This document shows positions 55,357 through 64,000 of a DNA stretch of 64,000 nucleotides, piece by piece; within the stretch, counting starts at the first letter, position 1, and each line of letters opens with the position of its first letter. Under the pieces are notes generated by a model. That model was given only the letters and a program-made list of their open reading frames with translations. It was not told the DNA's origin and ran no database searches. The DNA is from Chloroflexota bacterium (GTDB lineage Bacteria; Chloroflexota; Anaerolineae; Aggregatilineales; J027). The translations under genes were made by a program, and so were the position numbers. The stretch lies in assembly GCA_024434115.1 (NCBI GenBank), contig QMIT01000003.1, forward strand, positions 157,282-221,281, read 5' to 3'.

Positions 55357-56763
55357 TCACACTTTTTCTTCTGCCAATATCTCAAAAATCGCCATTTGGC
55401 TGGGTGGGCCAACCTGCAAATCCTCTGTCCCAATGGGTAAAAACCGCACGCGATAGCCAAAACGTTCTGCTATACCAGTGGCCCATGTCTGAAATTCGGC
55501 ACGTGTCCATTCAAAGCGGTGGTCGCGGTGGCGGAATTTTCCGGCGGGGAGGGTCTCCATCAACACGTTGTATTCGACATTTGGCGTTGTAATCACCACC
55601 ATTGTGGGGTGGGCAAATTCAAATAACACCCGCTCAAATGCCGCCAAACGGGGAGGGTCGAGATGTTCAATGACTTCGACCACCGCCGCCGCATCAAAGC
55701 CCTTTAGCCGCGCATCCCGATACATCAATGATCCCTGTGCGATTTGAATGCGTTCCCGCTGTTTAGGTGGCAAACGATCTAACCGTAGTTTGTCGCTGGC
55801 GATTTCCAACGCATGAATGGAAACATCTATGCCTAAAATGGAGGTAAACTGTGGTTCTTGCAGCAGCATGGATAACAGCCGCCCCTCACCGCAACCCAAA
55901 TCGAGAATACGCTGTGCCCCGCTGTTTTTGAGAACCGATAACACCGCCCCCAATCGCTGTTGATGCAGACTCACCCGTTCCTCAATTTTTGCTTCTTCCG
56001 CGTTGTGTTCATCGCTTTCTTCGTCAATGCGAGGACTATCTTCAACCAATCGGGCGAGTGCCTCGCGTTTGAGACTGTATTGGTGCTTCAAATAGCGGGC
56101 CGTGATTAATTCTTTAGCCGGATGCGCGGCTAACCACCCTTCGCCATGTCGCAGCAGTTTTTCCACTTCATCGCTGCCGACATAGTAATGTTTCTCGTCA
56201 TCCAGCACCGGAATCAGCACATAAAGATGGGAAAGCAGGTCAGTCAAACGAACGGTATGGCACAATGTCACCGTGTAATAAGCGCTTTCGCCCCATGCTG
56301 GAAAAGTGTCGTCTAGCAGATAGTGTTCAATCGTGAGGGTATATCCTAGTGGTTCAAACAGCTTTCGCAGCATAGCCTCACCCCCTCGACTGGGCAGGGA
56401 TGTAATTTTTGCTTCAAGCGGAATCGCGGTTTGGGCTAATTCTGGGCGTGTTTTGCAAATGCCTGATAATGCCGTTCCGTACACCTGCGAAATGGCGACA
56501 CTCATAAATGACGATGCCACATACGGGCGGTCATTGACATAAGGTTCAAGCGCAAAGGTACTCATCCCGCGTCCGCGTACCAACCCTACCGGATTGATGT
56601 CCAGTAGCAGAGCAGCAGTGCATCGTTCCGGTGTCGCTTCCGGATAAAACACATGGGCCTGCCCAAAATTCAGTTCAAACGATTGGACACGATCCGGATG
56701 TTTGTATAACAAATAGCCGAGATCAGTTGCGGGTGAGAGGGTTGTGGTAATGGTTAACAGCAT
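55357..56763 (-). CDS. hen1: 3'-terminal RNA ribose 2'-O-methyltransferase Hen1 (bacterial type)
   Basis: N-terminal domain MLLTITTTLSPATDLGYLLYKHPDRVQSF. SAM motif ILDLGCGEGRLL. Metal-site blocks VVEVIEHLD and HRDHRFEW. Confidence 0.9.
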   Translation of the reverse strand: MLLTITTTLSPATDLGYLLYKHPDRVQSFELNFGQAHVFYPEATPERCTAALLLDINPVGLVRGRGMSTFALEPYVNDRPYVASSFMSVAISQVYGTALSGICKTRPELAQTAIPLEAKITSLPSRGGEAMLRKLFEPLGYTLTIEHYLLDDTFPAWGESAYYTVTLCHTVRLTDLLSHLYVLIPVLDDEKHYYVGSDEVEKLLRHGEGWLAAHPAKELITARYLKHQYSLKREALARLVEDSPRIDEESDEHNAEEAKIEERVSLHQQRLGAVLSVLKNSGAQRILDLGCGEGRLLSMLLQEPQFTSILGIDVSIHALEIASDKLRLDRLPPKQRERIQIAQGSLMYRDARLKGFDAAAVVEVIEHLDPPRLAAFERVLFEFAHPTMVVITTPNVEYNVLMETLPAGKFRHRDHRFEWTRAEFQTWATGIAERFGYRVRFLPIGTEDLQVGPPSQMAIFEILAEEKV

Positions 56764-56923
56764 CGCCTTGATTTCTGGTTAGTGGTTTTTGGCCTATCAT
56801 AAAAGACCAAATTCAAAATGTTAAGGGTCAAGATTCACGTTTACATATTTTAAGATATTTTAATGGGTCATAATAGACCAAAGAATAGGTGGCAAGGATT
56901 AGAGGGACTTGGTTCGAATAGGT

Positions 56924-56963
56924 AAATAAAAAACCAGCCACCTGTTGAAGATGACTGGTTGGT
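56924..56963 (-). terminator. intrinsic terminator after the tRNA gene
   Basis: The minus strand reads ACCAACCA-loop-TGGCTGGT followed by TTTTTTATTT. Confidence 0.6.
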
Positions 56964-56977
56964 CAATTTGCAGATAG

Positions 56978-57050
56978 TGGGCCTAGAGGGATTCGAACCC
57001 CCAACCAAGCGATTATGAGTCGCCTGCTCTAACCGTTGAGCTACAGGCCC
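56978..57050 (-). tRNA. tRNA with CAT anticodon; elongator type, probably lysidine-dependent tRNA-Ile2 rather than tRNA-Met
   Basis: The reverse complement folds as a cloverleaf: GGGCCTG / GCTC-AACGGTTA-GAGC / GGCGA-CTCATAA-TCGCT / GGGGG-TTCGAAT-CCCTC / TAGGCCC-A. The G1:C72 pair excludes an initiator. No CCA is encoded. Confidence 0.93.
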
Positions 57051-57104
57051 ATCACCACTAAAAGTATACTGGACTCTCTTTTAATTGCAAAGCCAGAATT
57101 TATG

Positions 57105-58523
57105 TTATTGCGTCGGGATGGGCGGGATACGCCACTCAACAAAACGTCCTAACTGACCATTGGCATCTATGCCAGCCACCGCAACCATTTCATACAGAGA
57201 CATAGACTCCCACGTAAAGCTGCTCTCGGAGGTTGTAAAAATCTGGTTATAGACAGACGATCCCGGAAACCGCAAGGCCACTGCATAAGCCGTCGCGCCG
57301 GGAACTGGTGTCCACTCAAGGTGCCATGTGCTGGTATCAAGCCGATAATCTTGCGGCGAATTAGGGCCATCGGCCAACACCAATAGGGTCGCTAAGGCCA
57401 GTTTGGTGATGCGTCCCATATAAGCCGCGTCCACATCATCAGCGCGATCACGTGCATTGTGCTGGCGGCTCGGATCATCCCGATATTCAATCATACGGAT
57501 GGCGGAGATACCCTCCGCATTAAAGCTCATATGGTCGCCCCAACGCCCGGAACGGTCAATGGTCTCCTCAACCGTCACATTCAGTTCGCCCTGCATATAG
57601 GCCCGTGAAACTAATTCCATCAGTCGGGCAAGTTCGCGTGAGCCAGATTCGGCAGGTGGCTCAGAAAATACCCGCATCTGATTATCATATCGCTCGCCAT
57701 TTGGCCCGGTGGGGCTTCCCACCATATCCATTGTCAGAGTGGCATTGATGTCTAAATTATAATCTTTAAGGTATTTAACAAATTCAGTGCTGCCAAAACG
57801 TTGTTCAAATTCCTCCGCCGCGAACAATACAAAGATCACGGTAGCGCGGTGATACCCTTGTGCCATGATCCGGGCCAGTTCCAAGACCACCGATACCCCC
57901 GACCCATTGTCATTGGCACCGGGTTGATATAAATCGGCACTAGTAACAGAACTACTGTTGATGGTGTCATAATGTGCCCCGACCACAATTACGCCTGCCG
58001 ACGCATCCAAACCGGGCAGCACCATAAAAATATTGTCGTTGGTCGCACTTACACCACCATAATTAATCGAGAGAGGCTGGGTATAAACCACAATTTGCTT
58101 ATCTGGGTTCGCCGCCTTGATCTCTTCAAAACGACCCTTTAGATACAAGGCTGCCGCGTGTATGCCCTGATTTGGGGCAGGCAAGCCTAATGAATGGCGA
58201 TTTTGAAAGTTCTCCATAGCCAAAACCGTATTCATCATGCGGTTATTATCTATGTAAAGCATCCAATTGGTCACCGAATTATTGACAGGCACGTCCTCTT
58301 CTACTCCACCCGGTAATTCTGGCAAGACAGGGGGTGCTTGAATGGTGACAGGTCCGGGTGCGCCAAGTGTTGGCTGATTAGTGGTGGTAGACATAGGCTG
58401 GCGTGGGGCTAACGTTGGTGGGTCTTCTTCAGTCAGCGAACAAGCCAACATACTGCTGATAAGCATTGCCAACACCAGCAATAATGCAAGTGATTTATAC
58501 AGATGAGGTGGGTTTTGTTTCAT
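57105..58523 (-). CDS. M28-family aminopeptidase, probable lipoprotein
   Basis: VVGAHYDT and GANDNGSG zinc-ligand blocks. Signal sequence with a MLAC lipobox-like motif. C-terminal beta-sandwich. Confidence 0.85.
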   Translation of the reverse strand: MKQNPPHLYKSLALLLVLAMLISSMLACSLTEEDPPTLAPRQPMSTTTNQPTLGAPGPVTIQAPPVLPELPGGVEEDVPVNNSVTNWMLYIDNNRMMNTVLAMENFQNRHSLGLPAPNQGIHAAALYLKGRFEEIKAANPDKQIVVYTQPLSINYGGVSATNDNIFMVLPGLDASAGVIVVGAHYDTINSSSVTSADLYQPGANDNGSGVSVVLELARIMAQGYHRATVIFVLFAAEEFEQRFGSTEFVKYLKDYNLDINATLTMDMVGSPTGPNGERYDNQMRVFSEPPAESGSRELARLMELVSRAYMQGELNVTVEETIDRSGRWGDHMSFNAEGISAIRMIEYRDDPSRQHNARDRADDVDAAYMGRITKLALATLLVLADGPNSPQDYRLDTSTWHLEWTPVPGATAYAVALRFPGSSVYNQIFTTSESSFTWESMSLYEMVAVAGIDANGQLGRFVEWRIPPIPTQ

Positions 58524-58636
58524 ACCATTTGAGACCGAACTACTTTAGATGGCCGAGATTGTAGCATGGATTTGAGATAAACAAGCGTCCGATTTTATGA
58601 CGGTTGGGTGACTGTTACCTCTTGGCAATTCAAGTA

Positions 58637-58665
58637 TTCACACCGCGCGGGCTTTCCGCTACAAT
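58637..58665 (+). promoter_or_regulatory. candidate sigma-70 promoter of rpmG
   Basis: TTCACA (58637-58642), a 17-nt spacer, then TACAAT (58660-58665). Lies 37 nt upstream of the ATG. Confidence 0.4.
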
Positions 58666-58701
58666 GTGTACCAGAAAACGCATTTGGAGGCACACAAAGT
58701 C

Positions 58702-58866
58702 ATGGCAAAGAAAAAGAGAGACCGTAGCTGGGTTCGCTTGGTCAGCACCGAAAGCAATCACGTTTACTACACTGAGAAAAATAAACGGAACGACACGGGC
58801 CGCATGGAAATCAAAAAATATGATCCCACCCTGCGCCGCCATGTGCTCTATCGTGAAAGCAAGTAG
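58702..58866 (+). CDS. rpmG: 50S ribosomal protein L33 (Cys-less form)
   Basis: MAKKKRDRSWVRLVSTESNHVYYTEKNKRNDTGRMEIKKYDPTLRRHVLYRESK. L33 signature YxTxKNKRN...L.KYDP, with no CxxC pairs. Confidence 0.9.
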   Translation: MAKKKRDRSWVRLVSTESNHVYYTEKNKRNDTGRMEIKKYDPTLRRHVLYRESK

Positions 58867-58906
58867 CCCCAGCGAGTGTAGAAGGGCGGCTTTGCAGCTA
58901 AGAATC

Positions 58907-60487
58907 TTACTGGGTCGCCCCCTCTAACACTTTCATCGCCGCATTATGCCCCGGAATCCCACTGACCGCCCCGCCACGCTGTGCCCCTGATCCACAAATC
59001 AGAATGTTTTCGTAAGCAGTCTCGACGCCCCATTTCCCAACCCACTCGCTCCCATTTTCGGCAAAAGGCCACGATAGCGCGGTGTGGAAAATGTTCCCGG
59101 TGGGAAGTTTTAGTTCGTTTTCCAAATCAAGTGGGCTTTTTGCTTCGATACAGGACTGACCGTTTACATCAATTGCCAAACATTCCTCCAAAGGCTCATC
59201 CAAATAACGATTAATCCCCTGCACATATCTCCGCATGATGATTTCGCGCAATTCGGCGTTATTGGTTTCATTAAACAGCCGATAGGGAATATCCAAGCCA
59301 AATAGGGTAAGGGTCTGATAACCCTGCAATTCGGGCGACAAAATCGAGGGGTCGGTCAAGGAGTGGCAATACATTTCTCCCGACACCCGGTCAGGAAGCT
59401 GACCCAGCGCGGCAACCCGATGGTGTTCCTTCATCTCCTCGTAACCTTCATCAATATGAAATGTCCCGGTGAAAGCATCCTTTTGGGAATATTGGGTCGC
59501 TTTCAATTGAGGTAGGCGTTTCAGCAGCATGTTGATTTTGAAAACTGCCCCTTCATCGGCATCTTCAATCGGCAGCGGCGTCGGCAACAATTGATTGAGC
59601 ACCTGTGGGGCAGCATTCACCAGCACATATCGCGCTCGCACCGATTGAGTTTTACCATCGTGGGTATAATGCACAACGGCATAGGGGGTATCTGGTTCGA
59701 TTGCTTCAACTGGGGCAGAAGTCAGGATTGTGGCGCCATTCGCTTGGGCTACCCGTGCTAGTTCAGAGGTTAATGCTCCCATCCCACCAACGGGTACTGC
59801 CCATTCACCTGTTTCGTTGCCGATAAGGTGATATAAGAACGTGCGGTTTTGCAGCAGGGTCGGGTCATGGGGATCAGTGGATACACCAATCTTGGCATCG
59901 GTGAAAATCACCCCGCGCACAAGGTCATGCTGCACATTTTGTTCAATACCGATACCCAATGGCTGCTCAACAAACACTTCCCAAGCCGCCTTTAGTTCAT
60001 CGGTTCGGCATTGGGCCTTCATGCGATCACGGTTGACCATTGGGGATAACAAGGTGGGCCAGATAATGCCTGCTAATTGCCCCATCAAATGATAAAAGCG
60101 GCTGTACCCAATAAAATCAGCGGGATGGATGCCAAATTGGGCAAAAGACTGCTCCGTAGTTGCCAACGATTCATTACTCACGAGCAAAGCCTTATGTTGC
60201 CCATTTTCCACTGCCGGGGTAAATGACCCAACGGAACGACGGCGGGTTGAAAAATTGAGTTTTAAATCCCGCACGATCTTTTGGGGCAGCAGGCTCACCA
60301 AATAGGCATATTGGGACAATCGCGCATTCATGCCAGCAAAGACTTGTGCCGAGATCGCCGCGCCACCAACTATGGGTTTGCGTTCCACCAGCAATACGGA
60401 TTTACCAGCCCCGGCAAGATAGGCCGCCGCAACAAGGCCGTTATGTCCACCACCCACAATCACAACATCATAGCTGGTCTGTCTCAT
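58907..60487 (-). CDS. FAD/NAD(P)-binding oxidoreductase (phytoene desaturase/amine oxidase superfamily)
   Basis: YDVVIVGGGHNGLVAAAYLAGAGKSVLLVERKPIVGG dinucleotide-binding fold. 526 aa. Confidence 0.8.
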   Translation of the reverse strand: MRQTSYDVVIVGGGHNGLVAAAYLAGAGKSVLLVERKPIVGGAAISAQVFAGMNARLSQYAYLVSLLPQKIVRDLKLNFSTRRRSVGSFTPAVENGQHKALLVSNESLATTEQSFAQFGIHPADFIGYSRFYHLMGQLAGIIWPTLLSPMVNRDRMKAQCRTDELKAAWEVFVEQPLGIGIEQNVQHDLVRGVIFTDAKIGVSTDPHDPTLLQNRTFLYHLIGNETGEWAVPVGGMGALTSELARVAQANGATILTSAPVEAIEPDTPYAVVHYTHDGKTQSVRARYVLVNAAPQVLNQLLPTPLPIEDADEGAVFKINMLLKRLPQLKATQYSQKDAFTGTFHIDEGYEEMKEHHRVAALGQLPDRVSGEMYCHSLTDPSILSPELQGYQTLTLFGLDIPYRLFNETNNAELREIIMRRYVQGINRYLDEPLEECLAIDVNGQSCIEAKSPLDLENELKLPTGNIFHTALSWPFAENGSEWVGKWGVETAYENILICGSGAQRGGAVSGIPGHNAAMKVLEGATQ

Positions 60488-61686
60488 GCGTTTGCCCCTT
60501 CCTGCGCAATCATGGGAGTATGATGGGGTAGTTGGTTAGCCCAATAGACCAAGCCGATCATGACCATGCTAATCACTCCGATCATCCCATAAGCGGTACG
60601 AATGCTGCTGATGTCGGCCACAATCCCAAGCACCTGTGGCCCCAAGAAAATTGCCAAACCTGCGATAAATGAGATCCGTCCACTGGCTCTATCTGTTTCC
60701 GGTGGAGTGACCATCCCAAGTGCCATTGAAAGCGTGAGAGGGAAGCCATTTGCAACACCCAAGCCCGCGATAAATAGACCCATCACACTAATGGCTGGCG
60801 TCGGCGCTAACCACAAGGGTATAAATCCAATCACGACCAGACAATAGGTCATCAGCAGTAAATGTTTGACTTCGATAAAACGCGACAGGCGGCTGCCAAT
60901 TGTCCGACCAATCACCATTGCCAAGAAGAAGACAGTTATCGTGGTAGAAGCAGTGGTCGCCTTCAAGCCCGCATTTTTTTCAAGGAAGTCTGCTCCCCAA
61001 AAAATGAGTCCCCATTCAATGACCGCACCAAAGAAAATCACGGCTAGATAGACCCAAAAAGTAGTAGGTAGCGGCTGATGATGGCGTGTTGCCTGTTTAA
61101 TCACCTGCTGCGTTGGGGGAATTTCGACATCCCTCCACCACCACGCCGCAAATCCCCACGTAATCAGGCCAACGACCAGCGCCATACGCCAGCCAAGTCC
61201 AATATCCTCAAAAGTACCCACCGCTAAAGGTGCTAACACGGCGGAGGCACTGGCCGCGATATTCGATTCAGTAATCGCAATGGCCCGTTTTTCACCATGA
61301 TGATCGCTCAAGGTTGCCTGAATCGTCACCAACAGCCAACCAGAAGTCACTCCGATAAACAAAGTGCTGCCAATCGTCAAAACTGGATGATGCACGAGCA
61401 GAAAAATGGCTGTGAAGACGATACTTGCACCACCCCCACCCCAAAAAACCCAACGCCGTCCGTATCGGCGCGACAAACGATCTGTCGTTAATCCCGATAC
61501 GACAATACCAATCGCAAAAGCACTCAAGTGCATTCCGGCGACGCTATAGCTGAGATGGAGTTCATCGCGTAGAAATGGGATAAATGGCCCGCGTGTGGAA
61601 ACCATATAGGAGAAAAAGGCCAGCATAAAATAGGCCAACCACGTAAACCGATCACGTACAAACGTGGTAGAAGATTCCGTTTGCAT
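60484..61686 (-). CDS. MFS transporter
   Basis: 400 aa with about 12 TM helices. DRLSRRYGRR loop motif between TM2 and TM3. ATGA overlap with the downstream oxidoreductase gene. Confidence 0.85.
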   Translation of the reverse strand: MQTESSTTFVRDRFTWLAYFMLAFFSYMVSTRGPFIPFLRDELHLSYSVAGMHLSAFAIGIVVSGLTTDRLSRRYGRRWVFWGGGGASIVFTAIFLLVHHPVLTIGSTLFIGVTSGWLLVTIQATLSDHHGEKRAIAITESNIAASASAVLAPLAVGTFEDIGLGWRMALVVGLITWGFAAWWWRDVEIPPTQQVIKQATRHHQPLPTTFWVYLAVIFFGAVIEWGLIFWGADFLEKNAGLKATTASTTITVFFLAMVIGRTIGSRLSRFIEVKHLLLMTYCLVVIGFIPLWLAPTPAISVMGLFIAGLGVANGFPLTLSMALGMVTPPETDRASGRISFIAGLAIFLGPQVLGIVADISSIRTAYGMIGVISMVMIGLVYWANQLPHHTPMIAQEGANA

Positions 61687-61807
61687 ATTGTCTCGTTTCA
61701 GAAATACCGCTAAGAAAAACCCATGCGAAGTTTCATTATAACTTGACAGTACAAGAGGCGGGAAGAATAATCTTCTTCAAATACTTAGACGATTTGGAGA
61801 TAATTCT

Positions 61808-62932
61808 ATGACATCCCCCCTGCGTGTTGGTTTGATTGGTTGCGGCGCAATTGGTCAAATTATGCACATTCCATATTTAGTAGACTATGATGAAAAATTC
61901 GAACTGGTGGCCCTCTCCGATGCTTACGCCCCTGTATTGGAGGCTGTTGCCGATCACTACCACATTACCAATCGTTACACAAATTGGCACGAAATGTTGG
62001 CGCGAGAAGACATCGAAGCTGTCATCATCTGCCACAGTGGGTCGCACCGTGACACCGTATTTGCCGTGTTGGATGCAGGTAAACACATTTTTCTGGAAAA
62101 GCCCATCACATGGAATTTACGCGAAGCCAAAGAGGTCGCGGCACGGGTGGCCCAATCAGATCGAGTCGTGCAGGTGGCCTATCACAAGCGTTATGATCCA
62201 GCTTTTCAGTATGCCCACGAACAAGTCCAGCACATGCGGGATATTGGTTTGGTACGGGTCACGGTTTTGCATCCCCCCAATGAAATGGGCCTTTCGCCAT
62301 TTCGCATCCGACGTGGTAATGGCTTGATTGATGAAGGGCATCAGCCTGTCATGAATTTCGCAGAACAAGCCACCGCGCAACTGGGGTGGTTTGCGGGTGG
62401 GAGTTTGGCCCCGTTGGTAGATGAAGCACTCGGCCCACGCAAAGATGACCCCACCTTGCGCCTCGGTTATGGCATCATCGTCGTCAGCATGATTCATCAG
62501 GTCTACACCATGCACGGCTTTTTAGGAGTACCCACCCGTGTCCTGAGTACCGATATTTGGAGGAAGGGGCTGTCTATACACTCGATTGTCGAATATCCCA
62601 ACGATGTCCGCTGCACGTTTGATTGGCATTTTTTGGGGCATATCAAAGACTATCGTGAAGAATATGCCTTTTATGGCAACTATGACCGTGTAACTTTTCA
62701 ACTGCCATCGCCCTATTTGAAAAATGCGCCCAGTCCAGTGATTGTACAGGGTGGGGATGAAGAATTGGCATGGGAAAAGCGCGTGATTGTGTCCTATGAT
62801 GAGGCATTCCGGAACGAACTTTTGGCATTTCATGATAATATCCAGCACAACCGCCAACCCGCGACGGCTGTGCCAGAAGCAGTCCAACATATGGAATTGA
62901 TTCAGCAGATGATTGACGCGGCACGGGTCTAG
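61808..62932 (+). CDS. Gfo/Idh/MocA-family oxidoreductase
   Basis: LRVGLIGCGAIGQIMHIPYL Rossmann start and FLEKP motif. Confidence 0.85.
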   Translation: MTSPLRVGLIGCGAIGQIMHIPYLVDYDEKFELVALSDAYAPVLEAVADHYHITNRYTNWHEMLAREDIEAVIICHSGSHRDTVFAVLDAGKHIFLEKPITWNLREAKEVAARVAQSDRVVQVAYHKRYDPAFQYAHEQVQHMRDIGLVRVTVLHPPNEMGLSPFRIRRGNGLIDEGHQPVMNFAEQATAQLGWFAGGSLAPLVDEALGPRKDDPTLRLGYGIIVVSMIHQVYTMHGFLGVPTRVLSTDIWRKGLSIHSIVEYPNDVRCTFDWHFLGHIKDYREEYAFYGNYDRVTFQLPSPYLKNAPSPVIVQGGDEELAWEKRVIVSYDEAFRNELLAFHDNIQHNRQPATAVPEAVQHMELIQQMIDAARV

Positions 62933-62937
62933 GCAAG

Positions 62938-63291
62938 TTATTCGGTAGATTCGATCTCGTTTGGTGCTTGGCGGTTTTTGCGGAGAACAGGAATCAGTTC
63001 ATAGCCCAACCAACCTACTGAGACCACCGCCATACCAACGCCCATATACGGTAAGGCATCGGCCCGCTGGTCACGCAATTCATCACGCTCAACGGTGGCT
63101 TTAAACAACTCATAGCCCTCATTGAAGTTGTTGACTTCGACCTCTTGGCCGGAGTCAATCAATTTTTCGGCTTCATTGTCGCGCAGTTTTAGCTCGGCAT
63201 CTACATATTGATAAACGCCGTAACCGCCGATGGCAAAACCCAGCAGAATAATGGTAACGAGAATACCACTAGCAACTTTCTTTGAAGGCAT
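62938..63291 (-). CDS. hypothetical two-TM membrane protein
   Basis: ATG 63291 with a GAGGAAA RBS. TM helices at both ends flank a charged helical segment. Confidence 0.5.
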   Translation of the reverse strand: MPSKKVASGILVTIILLGFAIGGYGVYQYVDAELKLRDNEAEKLIDSGQEVEVNNFNEGYELFKATVERDELRDQRADALPYMGVGMAVVSVGWLGYELIPVLRKNRQAPNEIESTE

Positions 63292-63302
63292 TATCTTTTC
63301 CT

Positions 63303-63761
63303 CTAAAGTGGCTTCCAAATGTTTTCTCTTCGTACAAATTTTTCTTCAAATTCGACGTATTGATCTTCGATTGCCAAATCTAACTCATCATCTTCATCCA
63401 CATAGAAAATACCCGGATATAGTTCGATACCCCTTCCCATACTGCCGTGATCATCTTTTTCAATAACCTCCGCGTTACAATTAAAACATCGTTTTGCAAC
63501 GGTCAGTTTGTAGTGTCCGCCACAAGAGCATGTTTTCAATTGCGCTTCGATTTTGTCTATCAATGCTTTATAGTCATTTGATCTTTCTTTAGATCGCAGT
63601 TGATTTTGAATCACATTCACAACGGTATCATAAAAACTCACCTCAACGCGGCGCGGACAATGGTCACAATAGAATACCCATTCGTCACACATTGGTGAGC
63701 GATCTAGTCGCCAAAGTTGAAAACCACAGTGAGGGCAATCAAAAACCTCAGTCATGTTCAA
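63303..63761 (-). CDS. hypothetical double zinc-ribbon protein
   Basis: Cys pairs CPHCG...CDHCP and CSCGG...CFNC. Acidic C-terminus. No family recognised. Confidence 0.5.
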   Translation of the reverse strand: MNMTEVFDCPHCGFQLWRLDRSPMCDEWVFYCDHCPRRVEVSFYDTVVNVIQNQLRSKERSNDYKALIDKIEAQLKTCSCGGHYKLTVAKRCFNCNAEVIEKDDHGSMGRGIELYPGIFYVDEDDELDLAIEDQYVEFEEKFVRRENIWKPL

Positions 63762-63772
63762 AATCTAGCCTC

Positions 63773-64000
63773 TTAGCGTACATGATCAACTACCAATACA
63801 CGGGTTTTGGCGGGTAGGTTTGCCTTATCCAAAGCCACCTCATAATGGCTGGCGAAATCTATATCCCCATCGTCAAAATACTCCAAGAAACGTTCGATCC
63901 AATAAATATTGCGGAGTTTATAGGTCAGGGTGCGGAAGTGCATCGGCACAACCAAGCGTGGCTGTATGTGATCAATCACCCTTTTTAGTTCATCCAACTC
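63773..64000 (-). CDS. MBL-fold metallo-hydrolase-like protein, C-terminal part (continues off window)
   Basis: The C-terminal block RLVVPMHFRTLTY resembles UlaG-like MBL-fold hydrolases. The ORF is open to the window edge. Confidence 0.45.
   Translation of the reverse strand, partial: ELDELKRVIDHIQPRLVVPMHFRTLTYKLRNIYWIERFLEYFDDGDIDFASHYEVALDKANLPAKTRVLVVDHVR

Noticed and set aside
1-64000. Looked for a prophage, integrase, CRISPR-Cas, restriction-modification, toxin-antitoxin, retron or DGR signature.
   Set aside because: None found. The only mobile DNA is the single IS5-family element. The NB-ARC protein carries a SARP DNA-binding domain rather than a defence-type effector.

Overview
The window is 64 kb of a chromosomal region with no rRNA, CRISPR array or prophage. 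Gene content (many sugar ABC loci, DUF5666/ECF modules, a SARP-STAND regulator, PD40/FG-GAP secreted proteins) suggests a Chloroflexota-like organism, but that is inference only. In order, the window contains: (1) a ribose/xylose-type ABC transporter with an abnormally large permease, divergent from a co-directional xylA-xylB-iolE-like-iolG-iolB-iolC operon that ends at a tRNA-like element. (2) Small stress genes (CsbD, DUF1328) and a methyltransferase. (3) A nine-gene minus-strand disaccharide operon (SBP, two permeases, DUF624, LacI, GH65 phosphorylase, beta-phosphoglucomutase, AAC(3)-like acetyltransferase) with tandem TGAAACGTTTCA-type operators. An 872-bp IS5-family element with 17-bp inverted repeats and a TAA target duplication lies just upstream of its promoter. 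(4) An operon encoding DUF5666, a GT-C-like membrane protein, an ECF sigma factor and an anti-sigma factor, in which two proteins carry long D/N/S-rich acidic tails. (5) A LacI-controlled beta-glucan locus (ABC transporter, GH3, CBM9-like+GH16) with three copies of the palindrome TTGAGAGCGCTCTCAA. (6) A 2140-aa thioester alpha-2-macroglobulin. (7) An AfsR-like regulator split into SARP+NB-ARC and TPR genes, divergent from a secreted PD40/FG-GAP protein. (8) A SigY-like ECF sigma plus ABC-2 exporter operon. (9) A Hen1-Pnkp RNA repair operon next to a tRNA(CAU). (10) Housekeeping and unknown genes (M28 peptidase, Cys-less L33, FAD oxidoreductase, MFS, Gfo/Idh/MocA, a zinc-ribbon protein). The most interesting unexplained signal is a promoter module present twice. 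It consists of CTGTCAC-type heptads at exact 11-bp spacing, then CTGTCGCGCAG, 6 nt and TATACTGACC. One copy sits in front of the propeller gene beside the SARP regulator. The other is an orphan copy that appears to drive only a roughly 80-nt terminator-bounded unit, a candidate sRNA, pointing antisense into the ECF-ABC operon.
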